39,341 nucleotides of DNA, from positions 1 through 39,341 of the IMG/VR virus record IMGVR_UViG_3300027898_000005. One strand, given 5' to 3'. The notes beneath the pieces are model-generated. The model saw only the letters and a program-made list of their open reading frames with translations, did no database searches and was not told where the DNA came from. The translations under genes and the position numbers were made by a program. This DNA comes from a virus. Of this stretch, positions 8,346 through 18,956 are shown one piece after another (position 1 is the first letter of the stretch; each line of letters opens with the position of its first letter).

Positions 8346-8951
8346 ATGAACCGCGTTGACATAATCAACGGCGCGCTCATCAAACTTGGCACGGCGACCA
8401 TCGCCTCGCCAGACGAAAGTTCGCAGAGCGCCCGCACCGCGAAAGCGGTGTATGATCGAGTGGCGCGCTCGGAGATGCGCCGGCATCCGTGGAGTTTTGC
8501 GCTCTCCCGCGCTACGCTGCCGGCGCTCTCTACCCCTCCGGCCTTCGGTTTCCTGTATCAGTATCAGCAGCCCGACGATTTTCTCCGGCTCTACGAGGTG
8601 GCAAACGACGCCGCAGGCAGCAGCGGGTTTCGGGATTTTATCTTCTGGCCCACCGACACCTACGCGATAGAGGGAAACGCCATCCTCACCGACTATGCTG
8701 CGCCGCTCCAGATCCGCTATGTCGCGGACATGAGCGAGCAGGAGGGCACATGGGATGCAGCATTCTGCGAGGCGATGGTTATCAGGCTGGCGCAGGAGAT
8801 GTGCTTCACGATCACCAAGAGCCAAACCCGCGAAGATGGGCTGATCAAAATGTATAAATCCGCCATCTTCGAGGCGCGTCGAGTGAATGCCATCGAGCTG
8901 CCAAACCGCATGCCAATGGACGATACGTGGATGCAGGCAAGGAATTGGTGA
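8346..8951 (+). CDS. Tail tubular protein A-like (gp11-type adaptor)
   Basis: 201 aa (T7 gp11 is 196 aa). N-terminal pattern DIINGALIKLGTATIASPDESSQSARTAKAVY...HPWSFA matches the gp11-type signature. Sits directly before a ~770-aa protein. Confidence 0.65.
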   Translation: MNRVDIINGALIKLGTATIASPDESSQSARTAKAVYDRVARSEMRRHPWSFALSRATLPALSTPPAFGFLYQYQQPDDFLRLYEVANDAAGSSGFRDFIFWPTDTYAIEGNAILTDYAAPLQIRYVADMSEQEGTWDAAFCEAMVIRLAQEMCFTITKSQTREDGLIKMYKSAIFEARRVNAIELPNRMPMDDTWMQARNW

Positions 8952-8952
8952 C

Positions 8953-11265
8953 ATGGTGCGCGAGGTTTTAAGCTGGAACTCGTTCAACGCCGGCGAACTC
9001 TCCAAGCTCATGGACGGCCGCGTCGATCAAGAAAAATATACGTCCGGCTGCCGCAAGCTGCTGAACTTTATCCCCACCGTGCAAGGGCCGGCGGTGCGGC
9101 GCGGCGGCACTCGATACCTCGGCAAAGTCAAGGATCAGACCGCACGGACGTGGTTGCATAAGTTCGAGTATAACGCCACGCAGAGCTATGTGCTCGAACT
9201 CGGCAACAATTATATGCGATTTTGGGCCAATCGCGGCCAACTCCTCTCCGGCGGAACCCCGTTCGAGCTGGCAACGCCTTGGGCGACGGCGGATCTTGTC
9301 ACCGTCGAGAACACCAAGGCTTTCCGCTCTGTGCAGCAAGCGGACGTTATGTGGGCGCTCCACGTCAACGGCACCGTGCCGCCGCAAAAGCTCCAGCGCT
9401 TTGGCGCGACTAACTGGACGCTAACGCCGGTGCCGTTCACCTATGGCCCCTTCAAAGACGTCGATCCCTCCAACAAGACGGTGTTGGTTTCGGCCTCCGC
9501 CACGACGGGCAACATATCGTTATATTCGTCGGCGCCAGTGTTCACCGCTGCGGACGTCGGCACCTCGTTCTACATGGAGGTAAACGATCCGGCCTCCGTG
9601 CCGACGTGGGCGCCAGGCGTCGCCGTAACCGTCGGCACGGTCTGGCGCTATCAAGGGAATGTGTATCGAGCCGTATCTATCAGCGGCGGCCCTTCCAGCG
9701 GCGGCTATACCGGCCCTTCCCCGCCGGTGCACACACGCGGGCAGGCATCCGATGGCTCGGCCACGGCGGCCCCTGGCGGATACAACACTGGCGCAGTTTG
9801 GCAATATATCCACTCCGGTTATGGCTTCGTCACCATAACCGCGCTTATCAGTTCAACGCAGGTGAGCGCCACCGTGCTGCCGCCGAGTTACGGCAACCTC
9901 GCCGAACTGCCTTCGCAGCTTGTGAGCGCGGGCGGCGTCGGCACGACCGCATCAGGGGCCGCGTCTAACGCCACGACCAGGTGGGCGCACGCCCTATTCA
10001 ACAGCACTGACGGCTGGCCGACGGCACTGGCGATGTTCCGCAACCGGCTATGCTATGCGCGCGGGGCGCGTGTCGTGTGCTCGCAGGTGGGGGATTATGA
10101 TAATTTCGCCTTGCAGGACGGGCCAAGCGTAACCGCGATAACGGCCATCAACGTGCAAATCGGGCTGGATAAGATCGACAATATCCGCTGGCTCTCTGCG
10201 GCTTCGGATTTGCTGCTCGGCGCGTCGCGTTGCGAAGCCTCAATCTCCGAACAGTCTTTGCAGATGGTGTTCTCCGCCAGCAACCTGAAAGTCACACCGC
10301 AGACCGAATACGGATCGCGTTTGCTCGCGCCACTGCATGTGGGCGAAGGCACGCTCTACATTCAGCGCGCCGGCAAAAAACTGCGCGAGATGAAATACCG
10401 TTTCGATATAAACAAATACGGCGCGGAGGATCTAACCGTGCTGGCGGATCACATGCTGCGGCACCAAGCTGTTGACATGGACTTCGCCGCCGAACCGGAT
10501 ATGCTGCTCTGGATGGCGCTCGCGGACGGTTCACTAAAGGCGCTGACGTATAATCGGGAGCGCGGCGTCGTCGGATGGGCGCAGCATACTCTCGGCGGCA
10601 ATGGCTTGGTGGAGGCGGTTAGTGTCATCGCTGCGCCCGACGCCACGCGGGACGATCCGTGGTTCATCGTCAATCGCACCATCAATGGGGCGGTCACGCG
10701 CTACATCGAATACGCGGAGGATCCGCGCTTGGTGCAGAACGACGTGACGGACGGCTTTTATGTGGACGCCGGCCTGACCTATAGCGGCGCTCCGGTTTCG
10801 AGCGTCAGCGGTTTCTCCCATCTGGAGGGCCAAACGGTAAGCGTATTCGCTGACGGTGCACCGCAGGCCGACGCCGTGGTGACAGGCGGTGTGGTGGCGC
10901 TCCAGCAACCCGCATCGAAGGTGCAGTGCGGTTTGGGCTTCAGCTCTATCCTGATCCCTATGCGCCCTGACGCCGGCGCGCAAGGCGGGGCGGGCCAATC
11001 CCGTAAGCGCTCGCTTGGCGAGATGGCGGTGCGGTTCACGGATACGCTCGGGGGATCCGCCGGCCCCAACGAGGCCCAGCTCGACGTCATCCCTTATCTG
11101 CCGAGCGATTATGTGGTGGGCACGACGCTGCCGATGTTCAGCGGCGATAAGTTTGTGACGCCGGAAGCGGTGACGGACACAGACGGTTTCGTGTGTGTGG
11201 CGCAGACGCAGCCGCTGCCAATGACCCTGATTGCCATATACCCGCGCATGGACACCAATGATTAA
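8953..11265 (+). CDS. Tail tubular protein B-like (nozzle)
   Basis: 770 aa from ATG 8953 (T7 gp12 is 794 aa), in the position after the gp11-like gene. N-terminal NAGELSKLMDGRVDQEKYTSGCRKLLNFIPTVQGPAVRRGGT pattern. The ORF-track start 8887 overlaps the upstream gene, so it was trimmed. Confidence 0.6.
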   Translation: MVREVLSWNSFNAGELSKLMDGRVDQEKYTSGCRKLLNFIPTVQGPAVRRGGTRYLGKVKDQTARTWLHKFEYNATQSYVLELGNNYMRFWANRGQLLSGGTPFELATPWATADLVTVENTKAFRSVQQADVMWALHVNGTVPPQKLQRFGATNWTLTPVPFTYGPFKDVDPSNKTVLVSASATTGNISLYSSAPVFTAADVGTSFYMEVNDPASVPTWAPGVAVTVGTVWRYQGNVYRAVSISGGPSSGGYTGPSPPVHTRGQASDGSATAAPGGYNTGAVWQYIHSGYGFVTITALISSTQVSATVLPPSYGNLAELPSQLVSAGGVGTTASGAASNATTRWAHALFNSTDGWPTALAMFRNRLCYARGARVVCSQVGDYDNFALQDGPSVTAITAINVQIGLDKIDNIRWLSAASDLLLGASRCEASISEQSLQMVFSASNLKVTPQTEYGSRLLAPLHVGEGTLYIQRAGKKLREMKYRFDINKYGAEDLTVLADHMLRHQAVDMDFAAEPDMLLWMALADGSLKALTYNRERGVVGWAQHTLGGNGLVEAVSVIAAPDATRDDPWFIVNRTINGAVTRYIEYAEDPRLVQNDVTDGFYVDAGLTYSGAPVSSVSGFSHLEGQTVSVFADGAPQADAVVTGGVVALQQPASKVQCGLGFSSILIPMRPDAGAQGGAGQSRKRSLGEMAVRFTDTLGGSAGPNEAQLDVIPYLPSDYVVGTTLPMFSGDKFVTPEAVTDTDGFVCVAQTQPLPMTLIAIYPRMDTND

Positions 11266-11680
11266 TGTTCTTCCTGCATACCCCTCAATGTTTCGTGGCA
11301 TGACGGTGCAGCCCGCGCAGCGTCAGATCTGGCCGGAGATGAATGAGACTGACGTGGCGGCGAGCATAAAAGCTGGTTACGCCTTCGCCGCGTGCAAAGG
11401 CACCGCCGTTCTGGCGATTGGCGGGATCGCTCGAATTGACGCGGATAGAGGGATTATATGGGGTGTGCTGGCGGACGGCATCGGCGCGGATTTTCCGGCT
11501 ATGCACGCGGCAGTAAAACGTGCGATAAAGAGCGCGCCGTTCGTCCGTATCGAGGCGCACATCTTAGCGGAGCACGAACAAGGGCACCGCTGGATAAAGA
11601 CTTTGGGGTTTGAGCCGGAAGGCTTGATGCGTAAGTTTTGGCGCGGTAAGGATTTTATGCTCTACTCCAAGGTGGTGTGA
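11258..11680 (+). CDS. GNAT-like acetyltransferase-fold protein (weak) at the gp13 position
   Basis: C-terminal FVRIEAHILAEHEQGHRWIKTLGFEPEGLMRKFWRGKDFMLYSKV resembles the GNAT (RimJ/RimL-like) C-terminal signature. No clear Q/RxxGxG/A motif. Start uncertain (11258, 11288 or 11300). Confidence 0.4.
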   Translation: MINVLPAYPSMFRGMTVQPAQRQIWPEMNETDVAASIKAGYAFAACKGTAVLAIGGIARIDADRGIIWGVLADGIGADFPAMHAAVKRAIKSAPFVRIEAHILAEHEQGHRWIKTLGFEPEGLMRKFWRGKDFMLYSKVV

Positions 11681-11681
11681 T

Positions 11682-12212
11682 ATGGCCTTCATTCCTGCAA
11701 TCGCCGCTATCGGCTCCGCTATCGGCTCCGCCGCCGCCTCGGCGTCCACGGCTATCGGGGTAGGGGCCACCATACTCGGTGCGGCAGGATCCGTGGCGAG
11801 CGGGATCGCTCAATCGAATGCCGCCAACTATAACGCCGAAGTGGCGCAGCAGCAGGCCAAAGTTGCCACCGAGCAGAGCGCCGTGCAGGCGTCAAACGCC
11901 AATGAAAAAACCCGTCAGGCGATGGCTGCCGCGCAAGCCGGCATGCTGGAGAATGGAACCTCGCTGGCCGGCTCCAACTCCAATCTGCTCGACGAAATGT
12001 CGGCGCAAGGTAAGCTCGACATGATGACGGCGGTGTATAGCGGCGAGGTGCGGGCCACCGGATCCCGCAATGACGCGGCGCTGTATCAGAACCAAGCCAG
12101 CAATTCGCTGCTCGGCGGCATGATGGGCGCAGGATCCAAGCTGCTCAACGGCGCGGCCGACTTCTACAGAAGCCGATCCAACTCTATGCTGCCTATGCAG
12201 CTCCAGGTGTAA
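11682..12212 (+). CDS. Internal virion protein (gp14-like, membrane-inserting)
   Basis: 176 aa (T7 gp14 is 196 aa). Gly/Ala-rich hydrophobic N-terminus FIPAIAAIGSAIGSAAASASTAIGVGATILGAAG. Position precedes the large internal proteins. Confidence 0.55.
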   Translation: MAFIPAIAAIGSAIGSAAASASTAIGVGATILGAAGSVASGIAQSNAANYNAEVAQQQAKVATEQSAVQASNANEKTRQAMAAAQAGMLENGTSLAGSNSNLLDEMSAQGKLDMMTAVYSGEVRATGSRNDAALYQNQASNSLLGGMMGAGSKLLNGAADFYRSRSNSMLPMQLQV

Positions 12213-12213
12213 C

Positions 12214-14862
12214 ATGCCGTTCACTCCGCAAATTGGCGAAGGCGTTTCGATCATCCCGAATGTGGCCGGTCAGCAGACCGCCTATAATCCGATGCGCGCC
12301 GACGCTTCCGAGATGGGCAGCGCCGTTGGCGCGGGCCTGTCCTCTACCGGCGATGATCTCAAGCGGATCGCGGCGGGCTTTAAGGCCGATCAGGACAAGC
12401 TGGACGGCTTTAATCTGCAAAAATCCTACATCGAATTTCAATCGCAGGAAGCGCAGAATTTTGCCGACGCGCAGCGCGGTGTGTCGAACGGGGCGAAGGA
12501 CTTCACCAAGACATATCTTGGTGGCGCAGACGCGGCCACCCCGACCAACAAGCCCGCAGACGATAATAGCGACGACGCCGAAGATCCAACACCGACCGGC
12601 GGCTTCGATGCGCGGGCCGCCAAGTGGATTGCAGACAATCTAGCAGACGCGGATCCGGCCACCAAGGCGCAGTGGGAGGCCAAGATGGCCGGTCTGCGCT
12701 CCGGCCAAGCGGCGCAAGCCCTTCGCACAGAGTTTGCCGAGCGGGATCGCTATTATTCCAGCGAGGTGAACTCGTCGCTGGATAAGCTCAAGACGGGCAT
12801 CGACCAATCCCCCGCCGCACTGGACGCCTATAAGCAACAAGGCCACGAGGTTATTGACAGCTCCGGCCTGTCTGCTGCCGACAAGCAGGCACAGCACCAG
12901 TGGTGGGATAATAACGCAGCACTGGCTTACGGCGTGGCAAAAACCCGCGACAATCCCGAAGCGATGGCGACAAGCCTCGGCAGTGACAATGTCGGCTATT
13001 TCGCTAAATTGCGAGCACAAGAGAGCGGCGGAAACGCTAACGCCAGCTCCACCACCAGCTCGGCGTCGGGGCTATACCAGTTCACGAATGGCACATGGGC
13101 ATCTGTGGTCAACTCGCCGGAGGGCAAGGCGGCGGGCCTGACGCTCGCCGGCAAGAATGATCCGACGCAGCAAGACGCGGGCGTGCGGATCCTGACAAAG
13201 CAGAACTCCTCGGCGCTGACGTCCGCAGGGCTGCCGGTGAACGAGAAGAACCTCTATCTGGCGCACTTTATGGGTGCTGGCGGCGCGGTGGATTTTCTTA
13301 ACCGCATGAAGGCCGCGCCAGACGCCAACGCCGCCGAAGCGTTCCCTGACGCGGCATCCGCTAACCCGACGGTGTTCTTCAACAAAGGGGGCGAGAGCGG
13401 GCCGCAAGGCAGTCGCACATTGGCGCAGGTTTACGCGATCCAGACGCAGCGGTTTGGCGGCGCGGCACCAGCACTCACGCCGGATCCTAACCTCTCGGCG
13501 CTGACCTATCAGCAGCGCGCATCACTGCGCGACGCTGCCGAGCGCGAGACAGTGCAGCAGACGAACTTCGCGCAGACCCAAGCCACGAATGCTTACAATA
13601 CCTGGTTTAACGACTTCCAAACCAAGCTGCACGACGGCTCGCTCGGCATGCAGGATATTCATAATGCTCGCGCCAATGGGCAACTCACCGATTATAAAGA
13701 CATAACCGCCGCCGAAGGGATCGTGCAGTCCCGCGATAAGGCGCAGGCCGATATAACCAGCTTCAACGCCCGCGCCGCCGATCCGAACGCGCAATGGAAC
13801 CCGTTCAGCACGGACGACAAGCGGATAGCCAATGCGGGCGTGAAGGCGCTCGGCAACACACCGGAGGCGGGCTTGGCGGTGTATCAGCGCACCGGCATCG
13901 TGCCGGAGGCCACCTCCACCATGCTGCGAGGCGCACTGGTTTCCACGGATCCGCAGAAGCTGGAAAGCGCAGCCAACATCGCCGCCAACATGCTGACGCG
14001 CAATCCGCAGGTGTTCGCAGGCGCGCAGGGCCAGTCCGATCTCGAAAACGCCGGCATGATGTATAAGCATTTCACCAATGATCTTGGGCTATCCGGCCAA
14101 GAAGCGGCGCAGCGCATCGCCAATATGAACTCGCCGGACTATCAGGCCAAGGTCAAAGTGCGCAACGACGACGTGAAATCATTTCAATCCGATCTGGCGT
14201 CTCCGACCAAGAGTGACGCGCTCGGCGTGCTCCAGCAAGCCCTCATGCCGACGCGCGGCCCGATGGGGTTGCTCGGTCATCAGGACATAAACACCATGCC
14301 GCCGGAACAGAAAAACGCGATGCTGCTTGATTACGCCGAGCTGGCTTCGCAGCATTTCGAGCAATACGGCGACAAAAACGCCGCGAAATCCTATGCGGTG
14401 CAGCAGCTTCAAAAAATGTATGGTGTGTCAAACGGGGCGTTGATGAAATTTCCGCCAGAAAAAGCATACCCTCCGGCACCAGACGGCACCTTCGATTACA
14501 TTTATAACCAAGCCGCCAGCGATGTTAAAAGCCGAACCGGCACCGACGTGAAGCCAAAAGATGTATTTCTGGTGCCGCTGCCCAACGGCGCGACCGCAGA
14601 AGATTTTAAGGCTGGCCGCCCGCCGTCATACGCCGTCGGATACACCCACCTTGTCAACGGGGTGCCGACGCCGGACATACTCACCGGAGCCAACGGCAAG
14701 CGCGCGGGCTTCTACGCGGTGCCCCCTAGCGGGCGGGCTGCGGCAGAGGCTGGCATGGCCGAGGGGGATCGTATCCGAAAAGGCGTTAATGCCATTGTGC
14801 CGACGCTGCGCCCTGGCGGCATAGCCGACGCCATGATGACCCCCTTAGACGGACAGAATTGA
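12214..14862 (+). CDS. Internal virion protein with lytic transglycosylase (SLT-like) domain
   Basis: SLT-like signature at aa 260-395: LRAQESGGN (catalytic Glu codon 13021-13023), SGLYQFTNGTW, LYLAHFMGAGGA. 882 aa, in the ejection-protein block. Confidence 0.8.
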   Translation: MPFTPQIGEGVSIIPNVAGQQTAYNPMRADASEMGSAVGAGLSSTGDDLKRIAAGFKADQDKLDGFNLQKSYIEFQSQEAQNFADAQRGVSNGAKDFTKTYLGGADAATPTNKPADDNSDDAEDPTPTGGFDARAAKWIADNLADADPATKAQWEAKMAGLRSGQAAQALRTEFAERDRYYSSEVNSSLDKLKTGIDQSPAALDAYKQQGHEVIDSSGLSAADKQAQHQWWDNNAALAYGVAKTRDNPEAMATSLGSDNVGYFAKLRAQESGGNANASSTTSSASGLYQFTNGTWASVVNSPEGKAAGLTLAGKNDPTQQDAGVRILTKQNSSALTSAGLPVNEKNLYLAHFMGAGGAVDFLNRMKAAPDANAAEAFPDAASANPTVFFNKGGESGPQGSRTLAQVYAIQTQRFGGAAPALTPDPNLSALTYQQRASLRDAAERETVQQTNFAQTQATNAYNTWFNDFQTKLHDGSLGMQDIHNARANGQLTDYKDITAAEGIVQSRDKAQADITSFNARAADPNAQWNPFSTDDKRIANAGVKALGNTPEAGLAVYQRTGIVPEATSTMLRGALVSTDPQKLESAANIAANMLTRNPQVFAGAQGQSDLENAGMMYKHFTNDLGLSGQEAAQRIANMNSPDYQAKVKVRNDDVKSFQSDLASPTKSDALGVLQQALMPTRGPMGLLGHQDINTMPPEQKNAMLLDYAELASQHFEQYGDKNAAKSYAVQQLQKMYGVSNGALMKFPPEKAYPPAPDGTFDYIYNQAASDVKSRTGTDVKPKDVFLVPLPNGATAEDFKAGRPPSYAVGYTHLVNGVPTPDILTGANGKRAGFYAVPPSGRAAAEAGMAEGDRIRKGVNAIVPTLRPGGIADAMMTPLDGQN

Positions 14863-17800
14863 TGCCTATTTTTGATCTGGATCAATCGGGGCAGTCAGTG
14901 CTCCAGCCAACGGGGCAGCTTCCCGCAGGCGCGGAACCGCAGGGGCCGCCGACGATGGCGCAGGCCGCCAATCAGGATATGATCGACCACCCAACATGGG
15001 CCTTGGGCGCGGCGTTTCGTCAAGGTGAGCTTGTCACCTCGCAGTTGAGCCGCAAGGATATGGGCACCGACAACCTGCCCGAAGATCCGAGCTATTCCGC
15101 GTGGGATGAGATCAAGGGCACAAAATATGAGCCGTTCTGGTCGAGCTTCGTCAGCTCGAACAATGCGCGGTTTACGGCGGCCACCAAACAGCAGATCGAC
15201 ATGGAGCAGGATGATCGCCGGACTTTGGCGGCGTCGGGCTGGCGCGGCGGTTTGTCGCAGATCGCGGCAGGCCTCACAGATATTCCGGCGTTCATGGCGA
15301 TACCCGAAGTGGAGGCTCCGGCCTTTGTCGCCAAGGCTGGCCCGATGGCCGCAGGCGCTGTCAAAGGCGCGGCCAATTTCGGCATCGGCATGACCGCCAT
15401 AGAAGGCGCTTTGCAGTCCTCGCAGAACACGAGGCCTCTAAGCGAGAGCATGGATAACATCGGCGGCGGCGTGCTGCTCGGCTCGCTGCTCGGCGGCGTG
15501 GTGGGGCATCTTGGCGGGCAGGCGCAGATAGCCGAAGCGCAGACGGCGTTGCGAGACGTGGCGCTTAATCGCGGCGTCCCTGCCGCCGCAGACGTCGGCG
15601 CGGCGCGCGTGCAGCATGCCACCGTCGGAGATCTCACCATTGACGGCGCAACCACCGACGCTATCGCCCGCGCCACCTCGGTGAACCCGAACTTGCGGCT
15701 GAACCAAAGCCCTGTAGCGCTGGCCCGCCAGACGGGGCAGGAGTTTGGCGAGAACACCCTGTATCAGGCGATGCACAGCGACGGCGAGAGCCTTGGCCCT
15801 GCCGTCGAGACGACGGCGCGCATGCAATACAAAGCACGGCTGGCCGACGCGCTTGGCGCACATCAGGACGCCTACAATGCCATGAAAGAGGCCGGCACCA
15901 ATATGCCGGTGAACCAGTTCGATGAGGCGGTGGGGCAAGCCATGCGCCGTGGTGACACGGCGGAGAACCCTTTCGTGGCGCAGGCCGCCTCCGCGTGGCG
16001 GGCCAAGGTGTTCGAGCCGTTCAAACAAGAAGCTATCGAACTCGGCAAGCTGCCGGCTGACGTCAACGTGGCAGACGCAGACAGCTATTTTTCGCGCATG
16101 TGGCAGACCGGCGCGTTGAACGCACGCGAGGCGGAGTTTAAGGATCGCGTCACCGGCGACATAGCGCCGCAGATGGCCGGCGATTTTTCGGCGCAGCGGG
16201 CTGTGCTGCAAAATCGTTTGAGCCGTTTGGATCAAGAGCACGCCGATCTGTTCATGGATCCAGCCACCCGCGCGCAGACATTGGCAACGCTGGAGAAACA
16301 AGGCGGCGAGCTGGATACCGCCAATTCGCAGCACATCGAGACGCTTGGGCAGATAAACGATCTGCGCCAGAAAGCCCAAGCCGCGACCGACGCAGGCGAC
16401 CGCGCGACCGCGAAGGACGCTCGCGCGCAGATCCAAAGCCTTAAAGAGCAGGGCGGTCAAGGGCTGAAAGATTATGTGGCGCAGCGCAGCGCTCTGCGCT
16501 CGCGCTATCGGCAAGTGGATCTCAACTATGCCGGCATGTCGGATCGTGTGGATAATCTGGTTAACAGCCTATCCAGTCTGGAGGACACCAATGCACGCCA
16601 GCTCAATAGATTGGTTACTAAGGGCCAGCGCTTTGCTGCGGAAGCACAGCGTCTGGATCCAGCTAAATACGCGGAGCGTATATCGGAACTCAAGACGTCA
16701 TTCGCCCAAGTGGCGCAGCGCGCAGACCGCATGGCGAAGCGCGCGGCGGACGCCGTGGAAAATCTCAAGGGCAAGGCAGGAGAGGATACCGCGCCCGTTG
16801 AAGCGCCGGTGCAGAAGATTTTCGAGCAGCACGCCGCGCAGCAGCAGGCCTATGCCGAGCGCCTGAACAAGATCGCCACGCGGCTAGAGCGATGGGAGAA
16901 TTTTGATCCGGTCGCCACATTGCAGGACGTCCGCGACGGCGTGGACGCGATGGTGGCGCAGGTCAATAAATCCTCTTTGATGCGCGGCGAAAAGTCGCAG
17001 CGCCTGAAAGATCGCATCGCACGGCTCGATCCGGCCAAACTGTCCGCGAAAGCCGAGGACATTCGCGCCACGCAGGCGGATATGGCGCAGGCGTTCCGTG
17101 AGCGGTGGCGGGTTAAAGGCGCGGACGACGTGGACGTGCATGGATCCAGCGTGCCGGACTTCACCGACGCAGCCCGCGAGGTGGCCGATGAGGTGCACCA
17201 GAAGCTGACGGGGCGCTATGGCGACACCACCGGCGCATCGAGCAACGCCGAATATGCGCTGAACATTTCGCGCGGGCCATTGAAAGACCGCACCTTCCAT
17301 GTCCGCGATACGGACTATGAGGACTTCATGGAGAGCAACGTGCGCGCCGTCGGGGAGCGATACGCGCGTATCATGTCCGGCGAGAATGAGCTGGCGCGCA
17401 AACTCGGCTCCGGCGGTTTGCAAGGCCGCATCGAGGACATTGCGCAGGCGCACGCGGATTTACGGGATCATGTGCAAAGCATCGGCCCCGATTACAAACA
17501 GTTCGACGCCAACGGCAAGCCGGTGGATCCGCGCGACGTGGTGCGCGCGCTTGCCATGCAGGGCCAAGGAGCGGCGCGTGTCAAGGCGTTGTTCGGCAAA
17601 GCGGACGATTTGGCGACCGTCAAAGAGAAAGCGCTACTGCATCTGGCCGGCCAAGAGAAAGCGGATATTCGAGACGTCCGCGCTTTGGCAGATCTGATCC
17701 GTGGCACCTATAAGCGAGACGCCAATTCGGGCAGTTATGCTCGCGTCGTCCGCTCCGTCATGGCTTATAACTATCTGCGGACACTCGGCAATTTCATTCC

Positions 17801-18947
17801 AGGCAATCTGTCCATCATCTATCGGCCTGCGATGGTGCATGGTTTGCAGTCCTATGTGCAGGATGGCTTGGCACCGCTCATCAAAAATCTCGATGCGGTG
17901 ATCGGTAAAAACGGATCGTCCGCTTACGCCCGCGCCATGCGCGAAAGCAATCTGGCCGGCATCGGCAATGATGCGCTGCTGCACGGTCGCATGCAGACAT
18001 TTGCAGAGATGGGCGATCCCTATCGCCCTGGATCCGCCGTCGAGCGGCTGCTGCAAAACGGCACCAAGATCGGGACGGCGTGGAACGGCATGGCCCTGTT
18101 CTTCGATCACATGCGAAACCTGTCCTCGATGATGGTGCAGCACCGCATCATTGATGGGATCCAGAGTGGCAAAGACGCCCGCTATCTGGCTTATCTCGGC
18201 ATAGATCAGAATATGGCAGGGCGCATTGGTGACGAGCTGGCGCAGCACGGCGAGCACATCGACGGTATCCATGTCGCCAATACAGAAAAATGGGCTTCGG
18301 CGGAAGCCGCGCGAACCTATCGCGCCGCCGTGGCGAAGGACGTCGGCTCGATCATCCACGAAAAATCGGTCGGGGATCTGCCACTATTCGCCAATACGCC
18401 GACGGGGCGCATGTTGCTTCAGTTTAAAACCTTCAGCATCGCAGCGCACTCGCGCGCCATGCTGCGCGGCATGCAGGAGGATCCGACGCGGTTTGTCACC
18501 GGCCTGATTGCGCAGACGTCTCTCGGCATGATGAGCGCATATCTCACCGCGATGCGCGGCGGCTCGGACAGCTTCGAGAAGTTCAAGCAGCAAGTGGGCG
18601 ACAATCCGCTTTCGCTCATCGGGCATGGCCTGGACAAGTCGGGGTTGTTCACGTTGCCCTTCGAGGCGCTGAACGCCGTCAAGGCGCTAGGCTCCGTAAA
18701 GAATGGGCACGTCACCACCAGCCCCGATTTAGCACGGCTGCTCGGCCCCACGGCGGGGCTGACGCAAGACGTGGCGCAGGCGGCGGGTTTCGGCCTGAAT
18801 GCGGCATCCAGTCAGGCTGGATTGGATACGCGCGGTGCGTCGAAACAGCAGACGCGCGCTGCGGCAGGACTTGTGCCTTTTTCCAGTTACGTCGGTATGC
18901 GAGATCTGCTACAGATGTTGCAAGGAAATCACTCTAACGTTCGATAG
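14862..18947 (+). CDS. Large internal virion (DNA ejection) protein, gp16-like by size and position
   Basis: 1361 aa from ATG 14862 (TGATG coupling with the upstream stop). Long coiled-coil-looking central region. Immediately precedes the tail fibre. No catalytic motif recognised. Confidence 0.6.
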   Translation: MPIFDLDQSGQSVLQPTGQLPAGAEPQGPPTMAQAANQDMIDHPTWALGAAFRQGELVTSQLSRKDMGTDNLPEDPSYSAWDEIKGTKYEPFWSSFVSSNNARFTAATKQQIDMEQDDRRTLAASGWRGGLSQIAAGLTDIPAFMAIPEVEAPAFVAKAGPMAAGAVKGAANFGIGMTAIEGALQSSQNTRPLSESMDNIGGGVLLGSLLGGVVGHLGGQAQIAEAQTALRDVALNRGVPAAADVGAARVQHATVGDLTIDGATTDAIARATSVNPNLRLNQSPVALARQTGQEFGENTLYQAMHSDGESLGPAVETTARMQYKARLADALGAHQDAYNAMKEAGTNMPVNQFDEAVGQAMRRGDTAENPFVAQAASAWRAKVFEPFKQEAIELGKLPADVNVADADSYFSRMWQTGALNAREAEFKDRVTGDIAPQMAGDFSAQRAVLQNRLSRLDQEHADLFMDPATRAQTLATLEKQGGELDTANSQHIETLGQINDLRQKAQAATDAGDRATAKDARAQIQSLKEQGGQGLKDYVAQRSALRSRYRQVDLNYAGMSDRVDNLVNSLSSLEDTNARQLNRLVTKGQRFAAEAQRLDPAKYAERISELKTSFAQVAQRADRMAKRAADAVENLKGKAGEDTAPVEAPVQKIFEQHAAQQQAYAERLNKIATRLERWENFDPVATLQDVRDGVDAMVAQVNKSSLMRGEKSQRLKDRIARLDPAKLSAKAEDIRATQADMAQAFRERWRVKGADDVDVHGSSVPDFTDAAREVADEVHQKLTGRYGDTTGASSNAEYALNISRGPLKDRTFHVRDTDYEDFMESNVRAVGERYARIMSGENELARKLGSGGLQGRIEDIAQAHADLRDHVQSIGPDYKQFDANGKPVDPRDVVRALAMQGQGAARVKALFGKADDLATVKEKALLHLAGQEKADIRDVRALADLIRGTYKRDANSGSYARVVRSVMAYNYLRTLGNFIPGNLSIIYRPAMVHGLQSYVQDGLAPLIKNLDAVIGKNGSSAYARAMRESNLAGIGNDALLHGRMQTFAEMGDPYRPGSAVERLLQNGTKIGTAWNGMALFFDHMRNLSSMMVQHRIIDGIQSGKDARYLAYLGIDQNMAGRIGDELAQHGEHIDGIHVANTEKWASAEAARTYRAAVAKDVGSIIHEKSVGDLPLFANTPTGRMLLQFKTFSIAAHSRAMLRGMQEDPTRFVTGLIAQTSLGMMSAYLTAMRGGSDSFEKFKQQVGDNPLSLIGHGLDKSGLFTLPFEALNAVKALGSVKNGHVTTSPDLARLLGPTAGLTQDVAQAAGFGLNAASSQAGLDTRGASKQQTRAAAGLVPFSSYVGMRDLLQMLQGNHSNVR

Positions 18948-18956
18948 GAAACCTCC

